Positions 37,887-46,534 of a stretch of DNA of 64,000 nt are shown in pieces. The notes below the pieces were generated by a model. The model saw only the letters and a program-made list of their open reading frames with translations, had not been told where the DNA came from and made no database searches. The stretch comes from Chlamydiota bacterium (GTDB taxonomy: Bacteria > Chlamydiota > Chlamydiia > Chlamydiales > JACKPQ01), in the NCBI GenBank assembly GCA_021772435.1, contig JAJFLZ010000037.1:129260-193259 (forward strand), read 5' to 3'. Within the stretch, counting starts at the first letter, position 1, and every line of letters starts with the position of its first letter. Made by a program: the position numbers and the translations under genes.

Positions 37887-38450
37887 TTAGATGAATCTTG
37901 CGGTGCATCGGTTAGTTTTTTGTCTGAGTTCAAAAAGAGTTGTGTCGCCATACTTGCGCTCATCAATATAGATAAGATGTTTTAAAGCCTTAAGTTTACA
38001 TGAGGAGCGCTCTTCTAGAAAGATGCGCGTGTTTGGATGGTAGAGAGAGCTTTGATCGAGCAGGTCGAGGATTTTAAGATCACCGCCGTAGGGCGGATCG
38101 ATGTAGATGATATCAAAACATTTGTCTTTAAGCTTTGGTATGGCGCGCTCTACTGTAATTGGATAGACATCGGTGCAGTCTGTTAGGTTTAACTTTTTTA
38201 GATTGCTGAGCAGGCAGGAAATAGCTTCCCTGCTCTTTTCGACAAAGCAAGCGGAAGCGCCGCCGCGGCTGAGAGCTTCAATACCCATCTGACCACTGCC
38301 GGCAAAGAGATCGAGAAAATGACAATCCTCTAAGTCATGCTTACAAATATCAAACAGAGACTTTTTGACTTTGCCTATGGTCGGACGAGTGGATAAGCCT
38401 CTCGGTGCTTTGATCACTTGTCCTTTAAATTTTCCTGCAATTACCTGCAT
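37887..38450 (-). CDS. rsmD: 16S rRNA (guanine966-N2)-methyltransferase RsmD
   Basis: FLDLFAGSGQMGIEALSRGA (SAM-binding site) and IIYIDPPY (the DPPY catalytic motif). The size is typical for RsmD. Confidence 0.88.
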   Translation of the reverse strand: MQVIAGKFKGQVIKAPRGLSTRPTIGKVKKSLFDICKHDLEDCHFLDLFAGSGQMGIEALSRGGASACFVEKSREAISCLLSNLKKLNLTDCTDVYPITVERAIPKLKDKCFDIIYIDPPYGGDLKILDLLDQSSLYHPNTRIFLEERSSCKLKALKHLIYIDERKYGDTTLFELRQKTNRCTARFI

Positions 38451-38470
38451 GTAAAACCGCGCCTACATCT
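38449..38470. repeat. Degenerate palindromic element copy (ATGTAAAACCGC-GCC-TACATCT) between the VWA gene stop and the rsmD start
   Basis: The left arm and loop are identical to the 51-kb copy. The right arm carries GCC in place of TT. It overlaps the rsmD ATG by 2 nt. Confidence 0.6.
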
Positions 38471-38516
38471 CATTTAAAATAATGATAGCCAAAGTGATGA
38501 AAAAGTAAAAGTCGTT

Positions 38517-41500
38517 TTACAGCAGTTTGCTGCCGCCGTAGCGAAGGAGGAGAGCGTTGGTTTTGGAAAGGGGATCGGAGTCTTTGGTTTGTAGGAATTC
38601 GAGGAAGTAGGTGGCAGCTTGGAATCTTGCGCCTTGGGCTCGGAAGGATTGGGAGCTGGTGGTGTTTTGGTCGAAGGTGATTTTTTTGGAAATGTTGACA
38701 AAGGATGAACCGAATCTGCCTTGGATCATGAGGTTGATATCGGAGAGTGTATCCATTTCGCCGTAGATCACAAGGGGTTTGCTCGCATAGAAGGTTGGCA
38801 GGCGGGGCGATTCTGTAAAGAGTTTGCAGTTAGCATTTGGGTCGGTTGGCATGACAATGGCATGGAGGTCGCGGGCAATAGGCTGTTGGTGCTTCTTGAC
38901 AAAACCAGCAAATTTGCGTGGAAAAGGCGCTAGGGTGGGACAGTGCATGACTTCACCGCGCTGGAGGGTGGCTAGCATGTGGATGAAGGAGATGTGGTTG
39001 TCGCCTCCGATGCAGGTAGGATAGATGTTAAAGGTGTTTTTATTGGAGGTAATGAGCGTGTTCACATCGGTTAGGTGTTTGTTTAGATCGAGTAGGCCGT
39101 CACCGTCTGTGAAGAGGTAGATGGTGTGTAGCCCGGGGACGTTTTCTAGTGTTTTGCAAAGGGTATTTAGCTGAGCGTAGACGTTAGATGTTTTGTACGG
39201 GTGAAAGAATTTTTGTTTTTCTAAGTAGTCTCTGGCTAGTGTTTTGGTGGTTTGTGTGACAGAAAGGTTAGTTGGGCTCATCGCGTGGAGCTGGTCGTCG
39301 ATGGTAAAGATGTTAAAACGATCGTCTTTATGGATGTAGGGAAGAGCTCTTGTGACGGCGCTTTTGTAGGCGCTTGCTTTGCCTTTGTTGATGGATGTGG
39401 AGTTGTCGATGATGAAGTAGACGTTTTGCTCTAAACGCTCAAAATGGGTATTGGGAGTTGGCTGCATGGTGATGGAGAACAGATATTTCCCGTCGGTTGT
39501 TTTGGGCAGCCACGATACATGTGTTGTAAATTCGTGATTGAGCGTGGCGGTTTCTAAGTCGAATAGGCTGGGAATGCGAGCTAAGTTTGTGGCTGTTACG
39601 CGGTGCTTGCGGTTGAGTTTATCTGAGCGTCTTTGATGTCTGCGCTCGGCAAAGTTCGCTTGCGATCGGATGTCTTCAACAAGAGATGGATCTTCCCATA
39701 GATAGGGGGTGCCGCCCTGAATGGGTTCAAGAGAAATGGGTTGAATTGAAGTGGTGTCTACGTTGAGTGTATGTTTTTCGGGAGTTGGAAAGTGGCCGTA
39801 TTTGCGGATGTATTGATCGGGTGTGAGGCGCTTTTTTGCTAAGGCTTGTTGGTGGTTGGCGTCAGCAACGAGTGTAGCTTGGAGCTGGGCTGGTATGCTT
39901 TTTGTGCTTGCAGGATGCAGCAGCGGATCCGTCTCTACAATGAGGTGGTTAAAGAGGTTCAGACGATCTAGTCTGTACTTGCGCATTTCAGTTGGTAAAG
40001 TTGTGGGCGGGTTTAGACAAATGTAGGTTGAAGCAGGGATAGTATTGATGGCATAGGTTTCTGTCGATGGCAGAAAAGCGAGTTGTTTAGGTTGTTCGAT
40101 AACGAGGGTAGTTTCTGCAGGTACATCAATCGCATTTGCTAACTGAGATTGAAAGCGATGCATTTGAGATGGTGGCGTGGGTTTTGCCGTCATATACAGG
40201 TAAATAGCTCTTGGATCTGGAGCGCTGCTAACGAAAAAGCTTGGGATTTGTGTTGGAGCGCTGCCGAGTATAAGCGTTTTTAGATGTATGTCCTGGTTGA
40301 TCCATTCTAGGTTATCAGGTTCGATAGAACGGGGCCTCGAGTGGCTAAGCGCAAACAGCGGGCGCGGACTTTTGACAAGCTGAGCAAGAGGCATGTCAGT
40401 CATTTCGATGAGGGCTTGCAGGTTAACTGTAGAGCGCTGGTATTTGGGATAGTCTTGTGGATTAAGGGATGTGGTGTTTTGTTTAAAGTGGTCTTTTTTG
40501 ATTGTAAAGCCAGCATCTTTGAGCGTTGGAAGAGTGACAGTTAGACCAACCATGCCGAGTGCAAGGGGTTTGATTTTATCTGACTGATTAAAGGCAAATT
40601 CAGCAGCTTGCGTGCTTGCTGTGAGGCTTGTTTCTAACAAATGGTCTTGAGGTGGTGTTTGCAAAAGCCTGTCAATGTGGGGAATCGGAGCATAAGCTGG
40701 ATGTTTTTTGAAGGAGTAGGCTTTGGGACGGTGGTGTGGGAGTTCTCGTAAAAGTGTGTTAGCATCGTCACAGCCCAGCGAATCTGCAACTGTAATGGGT
40801 GATGGAGTCATGGTCGAATGCGCAACGGAAAGGAAGTGATCGTACGATGGTATTGATATGGTGTGAATTTTTTCTGGTTGCATATGAGGGGAGGTGAAGG
40901 TAAATGGCGTATCTTCAATTGGAAGAGTAGATGGATGTTGCAAAACGGCAACAGAAAGCTGTTTTTTGTGAAATTTTGCTATGGGGGCGTTATGGAGGCG
41001 GGATGGAAAGCTAAGCTTTTCAAAGGGCACAAAACATGTGCTGGATGTGATCGGTAATGGTGATATGAAGGCTGTGATTAAAACGTCTTTGAACGGATGC
41101 TCTGATAAGGTGAGGTATGTTGATTGGTTGCTTGGATCTGGCGATAAAAAATCAAGAGTGTTTTCAACCCATGGATAGTCGGAATCGTTATTTGCCTGCA
41201 GGTGAATGGAAGAGAAGCTGAACCGGTGGTGAGCAGCTGGCTTATGGTAGGCAGGACTGGAAAATGTGAATGGCTCGTTTGGAGCTAGGTTAAAGCTTGA
41301 TGAGTTAGAAACGCTCGGATGCGTCACGGTATAGGGTGTGATTTGTTGCTGGATTAAGTGGGACGGCGTTTTGCTTTTTTCTAAAAATGCGATGAGCGGA
41401 AATTGCATCGGATCGGCATCGGGTACACATAAAGGTGAAACTGATGGTGTCCATGTTTTTTTAAATGAGTTTTGTTTGGCTAGATGTATTTTTTTGCAGT

Positions 41501-41816
41501 TATCTGGATTTGCCGTTGCAATTTTGAAGTCGATGTATGGAACAAATAGGGAACGTGTTTTGTAGGAATGGGATTTTGTGATGACAAAGTGTGAAAGTGA
41601 CCAAGCATCGATTGAAAATACAACGGGTTCTCGCAGTGCTTTGTTTGGAAAGTAAGGGAACTGGCTCTCATCCTTTAGAGCTTCAAAAGGGTGCTGTATA
41701 GGAAGTGCATTGATCGAGACGTGATGCTCGCGCGCTCGCTTAGGCGCTGCTAGCTCAGCTAGCAGCGCTGTTGACATGGCCAAGGCACTGAGGAAGGCTC
41801 CCGTGCGGTTTTTCAT
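38517..41816 (-). CDS. Large secreted protein with a C-terminal von Willebrand factor A (VWA) domain
   Basis: 1099 aa. Signal peptide MKNRTGAFLSALAMSTALLA. P/S/T/H-rich N-terminal ~750 aa with recurring PFTF(S/T)SP motifs. The VWA domain has the MIDAS motif YFIIDNSTS (near nt 39.4 kb) and a later IYLFTDGDG. Confidence 0.75.
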   Translation of the reverse strand: MKNRTGAFLSALAMSTALLAELAAPKRAREHHVSINALPIQHPFEALKDESQFPYFPNKALREPVVFSIDAWSLSHFVITKSHSYKTRSLFVPYIDFKIATANPDNCKKIHLAKQNSFKKTWTPSVSPLCVPDADPMQFPLIAFLEKSKTPSHLIQQQITPYTVTHPSVSNSSSFNLAPNEPFTFSSPAYHKPAAHHRFSFSSIHLQANNDSDYPWVENTLDFLSPDPSNQSTYLTLSEHPFKDVLITAFISPLPITSSTCFVPFEKLSFPSRLHNAPIAKFHKKQLSVAVLQHPSTLPIEDTPFTFTSPHMQPEKIHTISIPSYDHFLSVAHSTMTPSPITVADSLGCDDANTLLRELPHHRPKAYSFKKHPAYAPIPHIDRLLQTPPQDHLLETSLTASTQAAEFAFNQSDKIKPLALGMVGLTVTLPTLKDAGFTIKKDHFKQNTTSLNPQDYPKYQRSTVNLQALIEMTDMPLAQLVKSPRPLFALSHSRPRSIEPDNLEWINQDIHLKTLILGSAPTQIPSFFVSSAPDPRAIYLYMTAKPTPPSQMHRFQSQLANAIDVPAETTLVIEQPKQLAFLPSTETYAINTIPASTYICLNPPTTLPTEMRKYRLDRLNLFNHLIVETDPLLHPASTKSIPAQLQATLVADANHQQALAKKRLTPDQYIRKYGHFPTPEKHTLNVDTTSIQPISLEPIQGGTPYLWEDPSLVEDIRSQANFAERRHQRRSDKLNRKHRVTATNLARIPSLFDLETATLNHEFTTHVSWLPKTTDGKYLFSITMQPTPNTHFERLEQNVYFIIDNSTSINKGKASAYKSAVTRALPYIHKDDRFNIFTIDDQLHAMSPTNLSVTQTTKTLARDYLEKQKFFHPYKTSNVYAQLNTLCKTLENVPGLHTIYLFTDGDGLLDLNKHLTDVNTLITSNKNTFNIYPTCIGGDNHISFIHMLATLQRGEVMHCPTLAPFPRKFAGFVKKHQQPIARDLHAIVMPTDPNANCKLFTESPRLPTFYASKPLVIYGEMDTLSDINLMIQGRFGSSFVNISKKITFDQNTTSSQSFRAQGARFQAATYFLEFLQTKDSDPLSKTNALLLRYGGSKLL

Positions 41817-41827
41817 AAGCAGGGTCT

Positions 41828-44614
41828 CTAAATTCCCATTTCGTCTAAAGAGGTTTTAATCTCTTTAGCTTGCGTTTTTACAAAGGACGTAGCCATTTTG
41901 TCTGATCTAACTTCTTCTAATAGACGTCCTGCTTTAAAAACGTGCTCTTGGGCAGCTTCGATGTTTTTGTTTGCTAAAGCAAGCTTGCCTTCAAGCTGTA
42001 GGATTTCAGCGTCTACTAAGCGCATGTAAAGCTGGAAGATATGGTTTTGTTCGGGGTTTTGTTGTAGCGCTGTGTAGTATTCTTGTGAAATAGGATCGTC
42101 ACTTGGACTAAAGTCTTCTTTGATCCGCTTTAAGAAGAATAAGTGACGCTCATCGCGCTCACCTTTAGCTGTAAGTTTTGTTCGAATGTGGGCGTAGTCA
42201 AAAGCAGCTTCTAGGTGCAAAGGCTCCGTTGCTACGTGTTTTTTGATTTGCAGCTCTTTGAGGTTGTTTAAGACACTTACCATTTCAGGATTGTCTTCGG
42301 TTTTACTTTGTTCGTGCATTCCAGCAAAACGCAAGCGTGCTTCTTGTAAGAGCGCTTGATAAGATAGAGGTGAGGGGCTGTATTGCGATGTCTCTGTGAT
42401 GAAGCTGTAGGTGTCGAGAGCAGAGGTGCGATCTCCAGTTTGTTCGTAGGTTTTAGCTAGTTCTAAAAGCGTGTGCCGTTGAAATTTCCATTCCCATTCG
42501 GGTTGAGCATTTTGGTAGGTGGCTAAGCTTTTTAGCAAAGTGATTTTGGGTCCATATTCTCCCCTTTCGTTTAAAAGCTCTGCTAGTTTGAGTGTTTCAG
42601 CTTCTAGAAAGAGAGAGTCTTCGTCGATAGCATTGACTTCCCAAGTGTTTTCATCTGCGAGCACGCCTTTAAACAGGTAGAAAGCTCGCTGGCTTGCTAG
42701 CTGCTCACCATCTTGCGATGTGTTGTTTTTTGCTTGTTCGTAAAAGTAGTTCGCAAGCCACAAACGGTTTTCAGCTTTAATGGTTTGCGTGTCTTTTGAG
42801 ATGGCAGCGTACAGATGTAAAGCCGCTTTACATAGGAAGGCATCGCCGCTTTGACTCAGTGTAGATAATGTGAGGTAAGCATTGTAGAGTTCAAGATGAA
42901 CACTTGCCGTATCGTAATAGTCTGCACCGAGCTCTAATGCTTGTTCGAAGTGTTTGCATACAGGCTGCAGGTCGTGATTGATCTCTTTTGAAGATAGACC
43001 CGCGATAAAGTGCGCTTCAGCAAGGGATGGGTCATCCTGGTAGTCGTTTAAGTAATGTTCCAGTTTGCGATAAGCCACATCGAACAAGTCAAGCTCATAT
43101 GCAATTTTAGCTTGCAATAAGCGGTATTCGCGCTTCTCATCGACGCTCAAGATTCCATCGTTATCTAAAACACGCGAGAGATCATCGTAAAACGAACCTT
43201 TTGAGTAATGGATTTCATCGTTTGTATTCGCTGCTTTAAAGAGATTTAATGATGAAGAGAAAAAGTAGCGCCACGCAATATTAGCACGATCAGATTGGCC
43301 GTAGTAATTTAAAAAACTGCTAAATGATTCGTATGCCTTGCCCCAATCTTGATGATCGTATGTGAGTGAAGCATATTCAAATAACAGACCTTCTTGATCG
43401 TCGTAATCTGGATAGCGAGTCAGTAGTAGTTCTAAATCATTTTGCACAGCCATACGGTCTCCGGCAGCTTTCGCTAGCATAGCGTGTGTAAAAATGGCTT
43501 TAGGCATTTCAGAATCGTCTGAAAATTGCTCACGGAACCTATCAAATGTCAGATTGAAAAGAGTTGGATCGCCTTGATGGTAAGAGGCTGTCATGAGCAT
43601 GAGTAGTGCATTTTTTAAGGAGGGTGTCGCTGCTTCTTCCACTGCTGTGTAGTATTTTAAGTGCTGGATAGCATTTCCGTAATCTTCAACACTGAAGAAA
43701 CTTTTTCCCACGATGAGATTGAAAAGAGGCTGTTTGTCTTCTGGAATGAAGCTGTCGACGTTTTCATATGCGTTAATCACTTCGTTGTAGTGGCCGAGTT
43801 GGTAGTAGATGAGCAGGCGGTTAAAAGTTGCTTCACTAGCTCTATTTCCGCTCATACCGATGATAGTAGAAAAAGTTGTGATAGCTTGGTCTGGCTTAAA
43901 TTGTGCTTGCAAATTGGCGGCGTGGAAGAGGAGCTCTTCGCGCTGGTCGGTGTATTTTTCGGCTAGCTCAAGGTAGATTTTTGCAGCTTCTGGATAATCA
44001 CCAAGTGTGTTGTGAATTTCAGCTAGGGCAAAGCTTGAGATGTCAAAATACGCTGTATTGCTAAGTGATTCATAAAGTGGTTTAGCTGCATTTGATAGGT
44101 GTTGTTTTTGCTCAGGATTAGCAGAAGTCAGTGATCTGCGGAAATAGGCTTCTGCCATGAGGAAACGAAATTCATCACTGCGCTCGTCGATCGATGGATT
44201 GCTGTGTAATAGGTAGGGCTCGCCCTCATGCGTAATGGCTTCATATTTGCCGAGCTCGTAGTAACACTGCAATTTGTTGATCAGGATTTTTTCTCGTACG
44301 TCGCGATTACCAATTTCGGAGTAGAGTGAGAGAGCGTAATCGTAGTTGTCTTTCTGCAAATACAAATCGCCTAAAATTCCCTTTAAATGGTCTTTGAGTT
44401 GGCTATCGGGGTATTTTTCCAAAAATGTCATGATTTGTGATTGAACGATTTGGTAATCGCCATCTTTCCAAAACTCTGCGATGCGTCTGACTAGAAATGC
44501 CTCTTCGTCGCTTTGAGGTTGCATCGATAGGATTTTCACTTGATCTCTTGCGCTCAGCGGTGCTAGGGATGTTATAAGCGTACATGTTGCATATACAAAC
44601 CAACGAATTTTCAT
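41828..44614 (-). CDS. Large secreted tetratricopeptide-repeat (TPR) protein
   Basis: 928 aa. Signal peptide MKIRWFVYATCTLITSLAPLSA. TPR-like helical pairs run throughout (..A.F..A..YY..G.Y..A..). Confidence 0.75.
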   Translation of the reverse strand: MKIRWFVYATCTLITSLAPLSARDQVKILSMQPQSDEEAFLVRRIAEFWKDGDYQIVQSQIMTFLEKYPDSQLKDHLKGILGDLYLQKDNYDYALSLYSEIGNRDVREKILINKLQCYYELGKYEAITHEGEPYLLHSNPSIDERSDEFRFLMAEAYFRRSLTSANPEQKQHLSNAAKPLYESLSNTAYFDISSFALAEIHNTLGDYPEAAKIYLELAEKYTDQREELLFHAANLQAQFKPDQAITTFSTIIGMSGNRASEATFNRLLIYYQLGHYNEVINAYENVDSFIPEDKQPLFNLIVGKSFFSVEDYGNAIQHLKYYTAVEEAATPSLKNALLMLMTASYHQGDPTLFNLTFDRFREQFSDDSEMPKAIFTHAMLAKAAGDRMAVQNDLELLLTRYPDYDDQEGLLFEYASLTYDHQDWGKAYESFSSFLNYYGQSDRANIAWRYFFSSSLNLFKAANTNDEIHYSKGSFYDDLSRVLDNDGILSVDEKREYRLLQAKIAYELDLFDVAYRKLEHYLNDYQDDPSLAEAHFIAGLSSKEINHDLQPVCKHFEQALELGADYYDTASVHLELYNAYLTLSTLSQSGDAFLCKAALHLYAAISKDTQTIKAENRLWLANYFYEQAKNNTSQDGEQLASQRAFYLFKGVLADENTWEVNAIDEDSLFLEAETLKLAELLNERGEYGPKITLLKSLATYQNAQPEWEWKFQRHTLLELAKTYEQTGDRTSALDTYSFITETSQYSPSPLSYQALLQEARLRFAGMHEQSKTEDNPEMVSVLNNLKELQIKKHVATEPLHLEAAFDYAHIRTKLTAKGERDERHLFFLKRIKEDFSPSDDPISQEYYTALQQNPEQNHIFQLYMRLVDAEILQLEGKLALANKNIEAAQEHVFKAGRLLEEVRSDKMATSFVKTQAKEIKTSLDEMGI
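42815..42833. repeat. Palindromic element copy (ATGTAAAGCCGCTTTACAT), inside the 928-aa TPR gene, read as LCKAALHLY
   Basis: The arms extend to ATGTAAAGC/GCTTTACAT. The reading frame differs from the other CDS-embedded copies. Confidence 0.85.
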
Positions 44615-44644
44615 GGACCCACCTGTGTGTTAAGTGTGTTTTTA

Positions 44645-44806
44645 ACTGACTTTACGCACATATCTGAATTTATTTGCGGAGCTAGCAGGCACCAATCTAC
44701 TGCATCATCCTCCTCGCCAAACTTCTTGGAGTTTGACTCGTCGGCTTCTTTGTATCTCGGCACCTTCACTGGCGCATCTAAATCCACCTCTGTGCGTAAG
44801 GTCAGT
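44645..44806. mobile_element. MITE-like non-autonomous element (162 bp) with 16-bp terminal inverted repeats
   Basis: Terminal inverted repeats ACTGACTTTACGCACA (44645-44660) and TGTGCGTAAGGTCAGT (44791-44806) match at 15/16. TTTTA lies directly on both sides (44640-44644 and 44807-44811). A second, collapsed copy is at 15031-15076. Confidence 0.65.
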
Positions 44807-44816
44807 TTTTAAGTCA

Positions 44817-45866
44817 CTATAACGACAGACTGGAAGAATTTGCAAGTAACTTCCGCAAAGAACTTTTATAAAATTTAAGCAAATCGTTTGCTTTGGGATA
44901 AGACATGCGTTTTAGATGCTGATAAATCTCCAACGCTTTCGCATTAAAACCTTCTTGAAAATAGAGCACGCCTAGGCGATAGCTACTATCTAAATCTTCG
45001 GGACATAGACGTAATATTTTTTCATACGCAGCGATTTCTTCTTGCGGCATTTTTAAGTGGTGATAGCAAGCCGCTAGTTGTGAATGCACCCATGCATCGT
45101 TAGGTGCGTAGGTGTCTAAAATGGTAAATTCTTCTACAGCACTTTTTGAGGCTTTGTCAAATTTGTCTTTTAGCTCCCCTGCAAAGGTGCTTTTTTCGCT
45201 GTAATGAAGCTCCCCTTTTCTGAGGCGTTGCGATGGTTCGAAATAGAGATGGGACAAAGAGACAAAAGCATTGGCTAAATGTGTGTGCAGTTCGATATCA
45301 GTGGGCTTATCCGGAACAAGTTGAATGTAATGATCAATAGCGCTGAGCAAGAGCACTTCTTTCATTCTCAATACATCGCGCCAGTGCAAAAAACAACTGA
45401 GCTTGGGAGTCAAAGGTGTTTTGAGTAGCGGATAAAAATGATGCTCTTGATGTTGCAGTAGAGCTACGAGGCGCTCCGCACAGCGAGCTTGCGAAAAATG
45501 GTGTTCAGAGACTCCGAGGTGCCTAGATGTTTTGCCGCAAGCGTCCAAATACGATTTTTTTAGTCGCCAAAATTGTTCGGTTTTTTTCGTTTGAAAAGTT
45601 GCAACCAGGACAATGTAGATAAATAGCGTTAAAATAAAGGCTGCCAAAGGAAATGCCAACATAAATGAATGGGACCAAAAAGAGAAAAACAGACTGAATA
45701 AAGCGCATTCGATTCCAATGACAAGAGCAAAAAAACAATGGAACATTACATGGGCTTTACATAAACGCATAAAGCGCCCTAACGCGCGCTCCATGTATTC
45801 ATCGACATGGCGCTGTCGCTCATTGACTTTGAGCTTATCTAAGGACGGGGTATCAGTGGTCTGCAT
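44817..45866 (-). CDS. Membrane protein with a bilobed hydrophobic domain and C-terminal TPR repeats (Inc-protein-like topology)
   Basis: 349 aa. Two adjacent long hydrophobic segments (VMFHCFFALVIGIECALFSLFFSFW and FMLAFPLAAFILTLFIYIVLVATF) lie ~40 residues from the N-terminus. The C-terminus has TPR-like repeats (AWVHSQLAACYHHLKMPQEEIAAYEKILRLCPED...). Confidence 0.6.
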   Translation of the reverse strand: MQTTDTPSLDKLKVNERQRHVDEYMERALGRFMRLCKAHVMFHCFFALVIGIECALFSLFFSFWSHSFMLAFPLAAFILTLFIYIVLVATFQTKKTEQFWRLKKSYLDACGKTSRHLGVSEHHFSQARCAERLVALLQHQEHHFYPLLKTPLTPKLSCFLHWRDVLRMKEVLLLSAIDHYIQLVPDKPTDIELHTHLANAFVSLSHLYFEPSQRLRKGELHYSEKSTFAGELKDKFDKASKSAVEEFTILDTYAPNDAWVHSQLAACYHHLKMPQEEIAAYEKILRLCPEDLDSSYRLGVLYFQEGFNAKALEIYQHLKRMSYPKANDLLKFYKSSLRKLLANSSSLSL

Positions 45867-45898
45867 ACCCCGTACTGTATCTTCTTATTCTTAACTTT

Positions 45899-46345
45899 TC
45901 AAGTGCGCATCATGTAGTTGATGACGCTATTAGATACACCGGCGCGCTGCAGTTTATCGATATCTTTCATCTTCAAATAGTATCGGCTATTAGTCTTTTG
46001 CATCAGCTCGATGATCTTGTCATCTGAAATACTAGCATCATGCAAGGAGATGACATCGTCTACTGTCAATTGCTTACCGCTATCGATCCGCCTAGCTGTT
46101 TTGGGGCTTTGAGATTCCAGGTTTCTCTGATCGCGTGAATCTAAAACAGCACCGATGATTCCGCCGGTTAAAGCGCCAGCTCCTGCTCCAATCGCAGCAC
46201 CAGCTCCGCCTCCGACAACACCTCCGACAACAGCACCTGTGGCACCACCTGCTAAGAATCCCGTTCCGGCTTTACTTTCACATCCAGATACGCACAGCAT
46301 GCTAACGGCAATTGCAAGCACACTAAACATCATTCTTAATCTCAT
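45899..46345 (-). CDS. Glycine-zipper lipoprotein (17-kDa-antigen-like Gly-zipper family)
   Basis: Starting at ATG 46345 (GGAGG 5 nt upstream) gives MRLRMMFSVLAIAVSMLCVSGC, a lipobox. GGATGAVVGGVVGGGAGAAIGAGAGALTGGIIGAV is a glycine zipper. Confidence 0.7.
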   Translation of the reverse strand: MRLRMMFSVLAIAVSMLCVSGCESKAGTGFLAGGATGAVVGGVVGGGAGAAIGAGAGALTGGIIGAVLDSRDQRNLESQSPKTARRIDSGKQLTVDDVISLHDASISDDKIIELMQKTNSRYYLKMKDIDKLQRAGVSNSVINYMMRT

Positions 46346-46534
46346 AACTACCTCCATTATTTTGATAAATAACATAATAATATTTAAATAATATAGATTT
46401 TATTCAGGGTTGAGGTTGAAATATTTATGAAGTAATTAATATAAATACACCTATTTTTAAGGTGCATATAGATTGAAATAGCTTGATTTTCGGTGATAGC
46501 ATTTGTTAAAATCAAGTTAAATTAGAAGGTTTGT

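Noticed and set aside
37971-38001. Possible further degenerate palindrome copy (AGATGTTTTAAAGCCTTAAGTTTACAT) inside rsmD. Similar weak matches are at 43487-43505 and 38505-38520 (GTAAAA-GTCG-TTTTAC at the VWA gene stop).
   Set aside because: They are too diverged or too short to separate from chance in AT-rich sequence without a statistical model. They were not counted among the 7 copies.
44627-44812. 61-aa ORF in the TPR / Inc-like intergenic region
   Set aside because: It spans almost exactly the MITE-like element from one terminal repeat to the other. It starts at a non-ATG codon without a ribosome-binding site and translates to low-complexity S/T-rich sequence.
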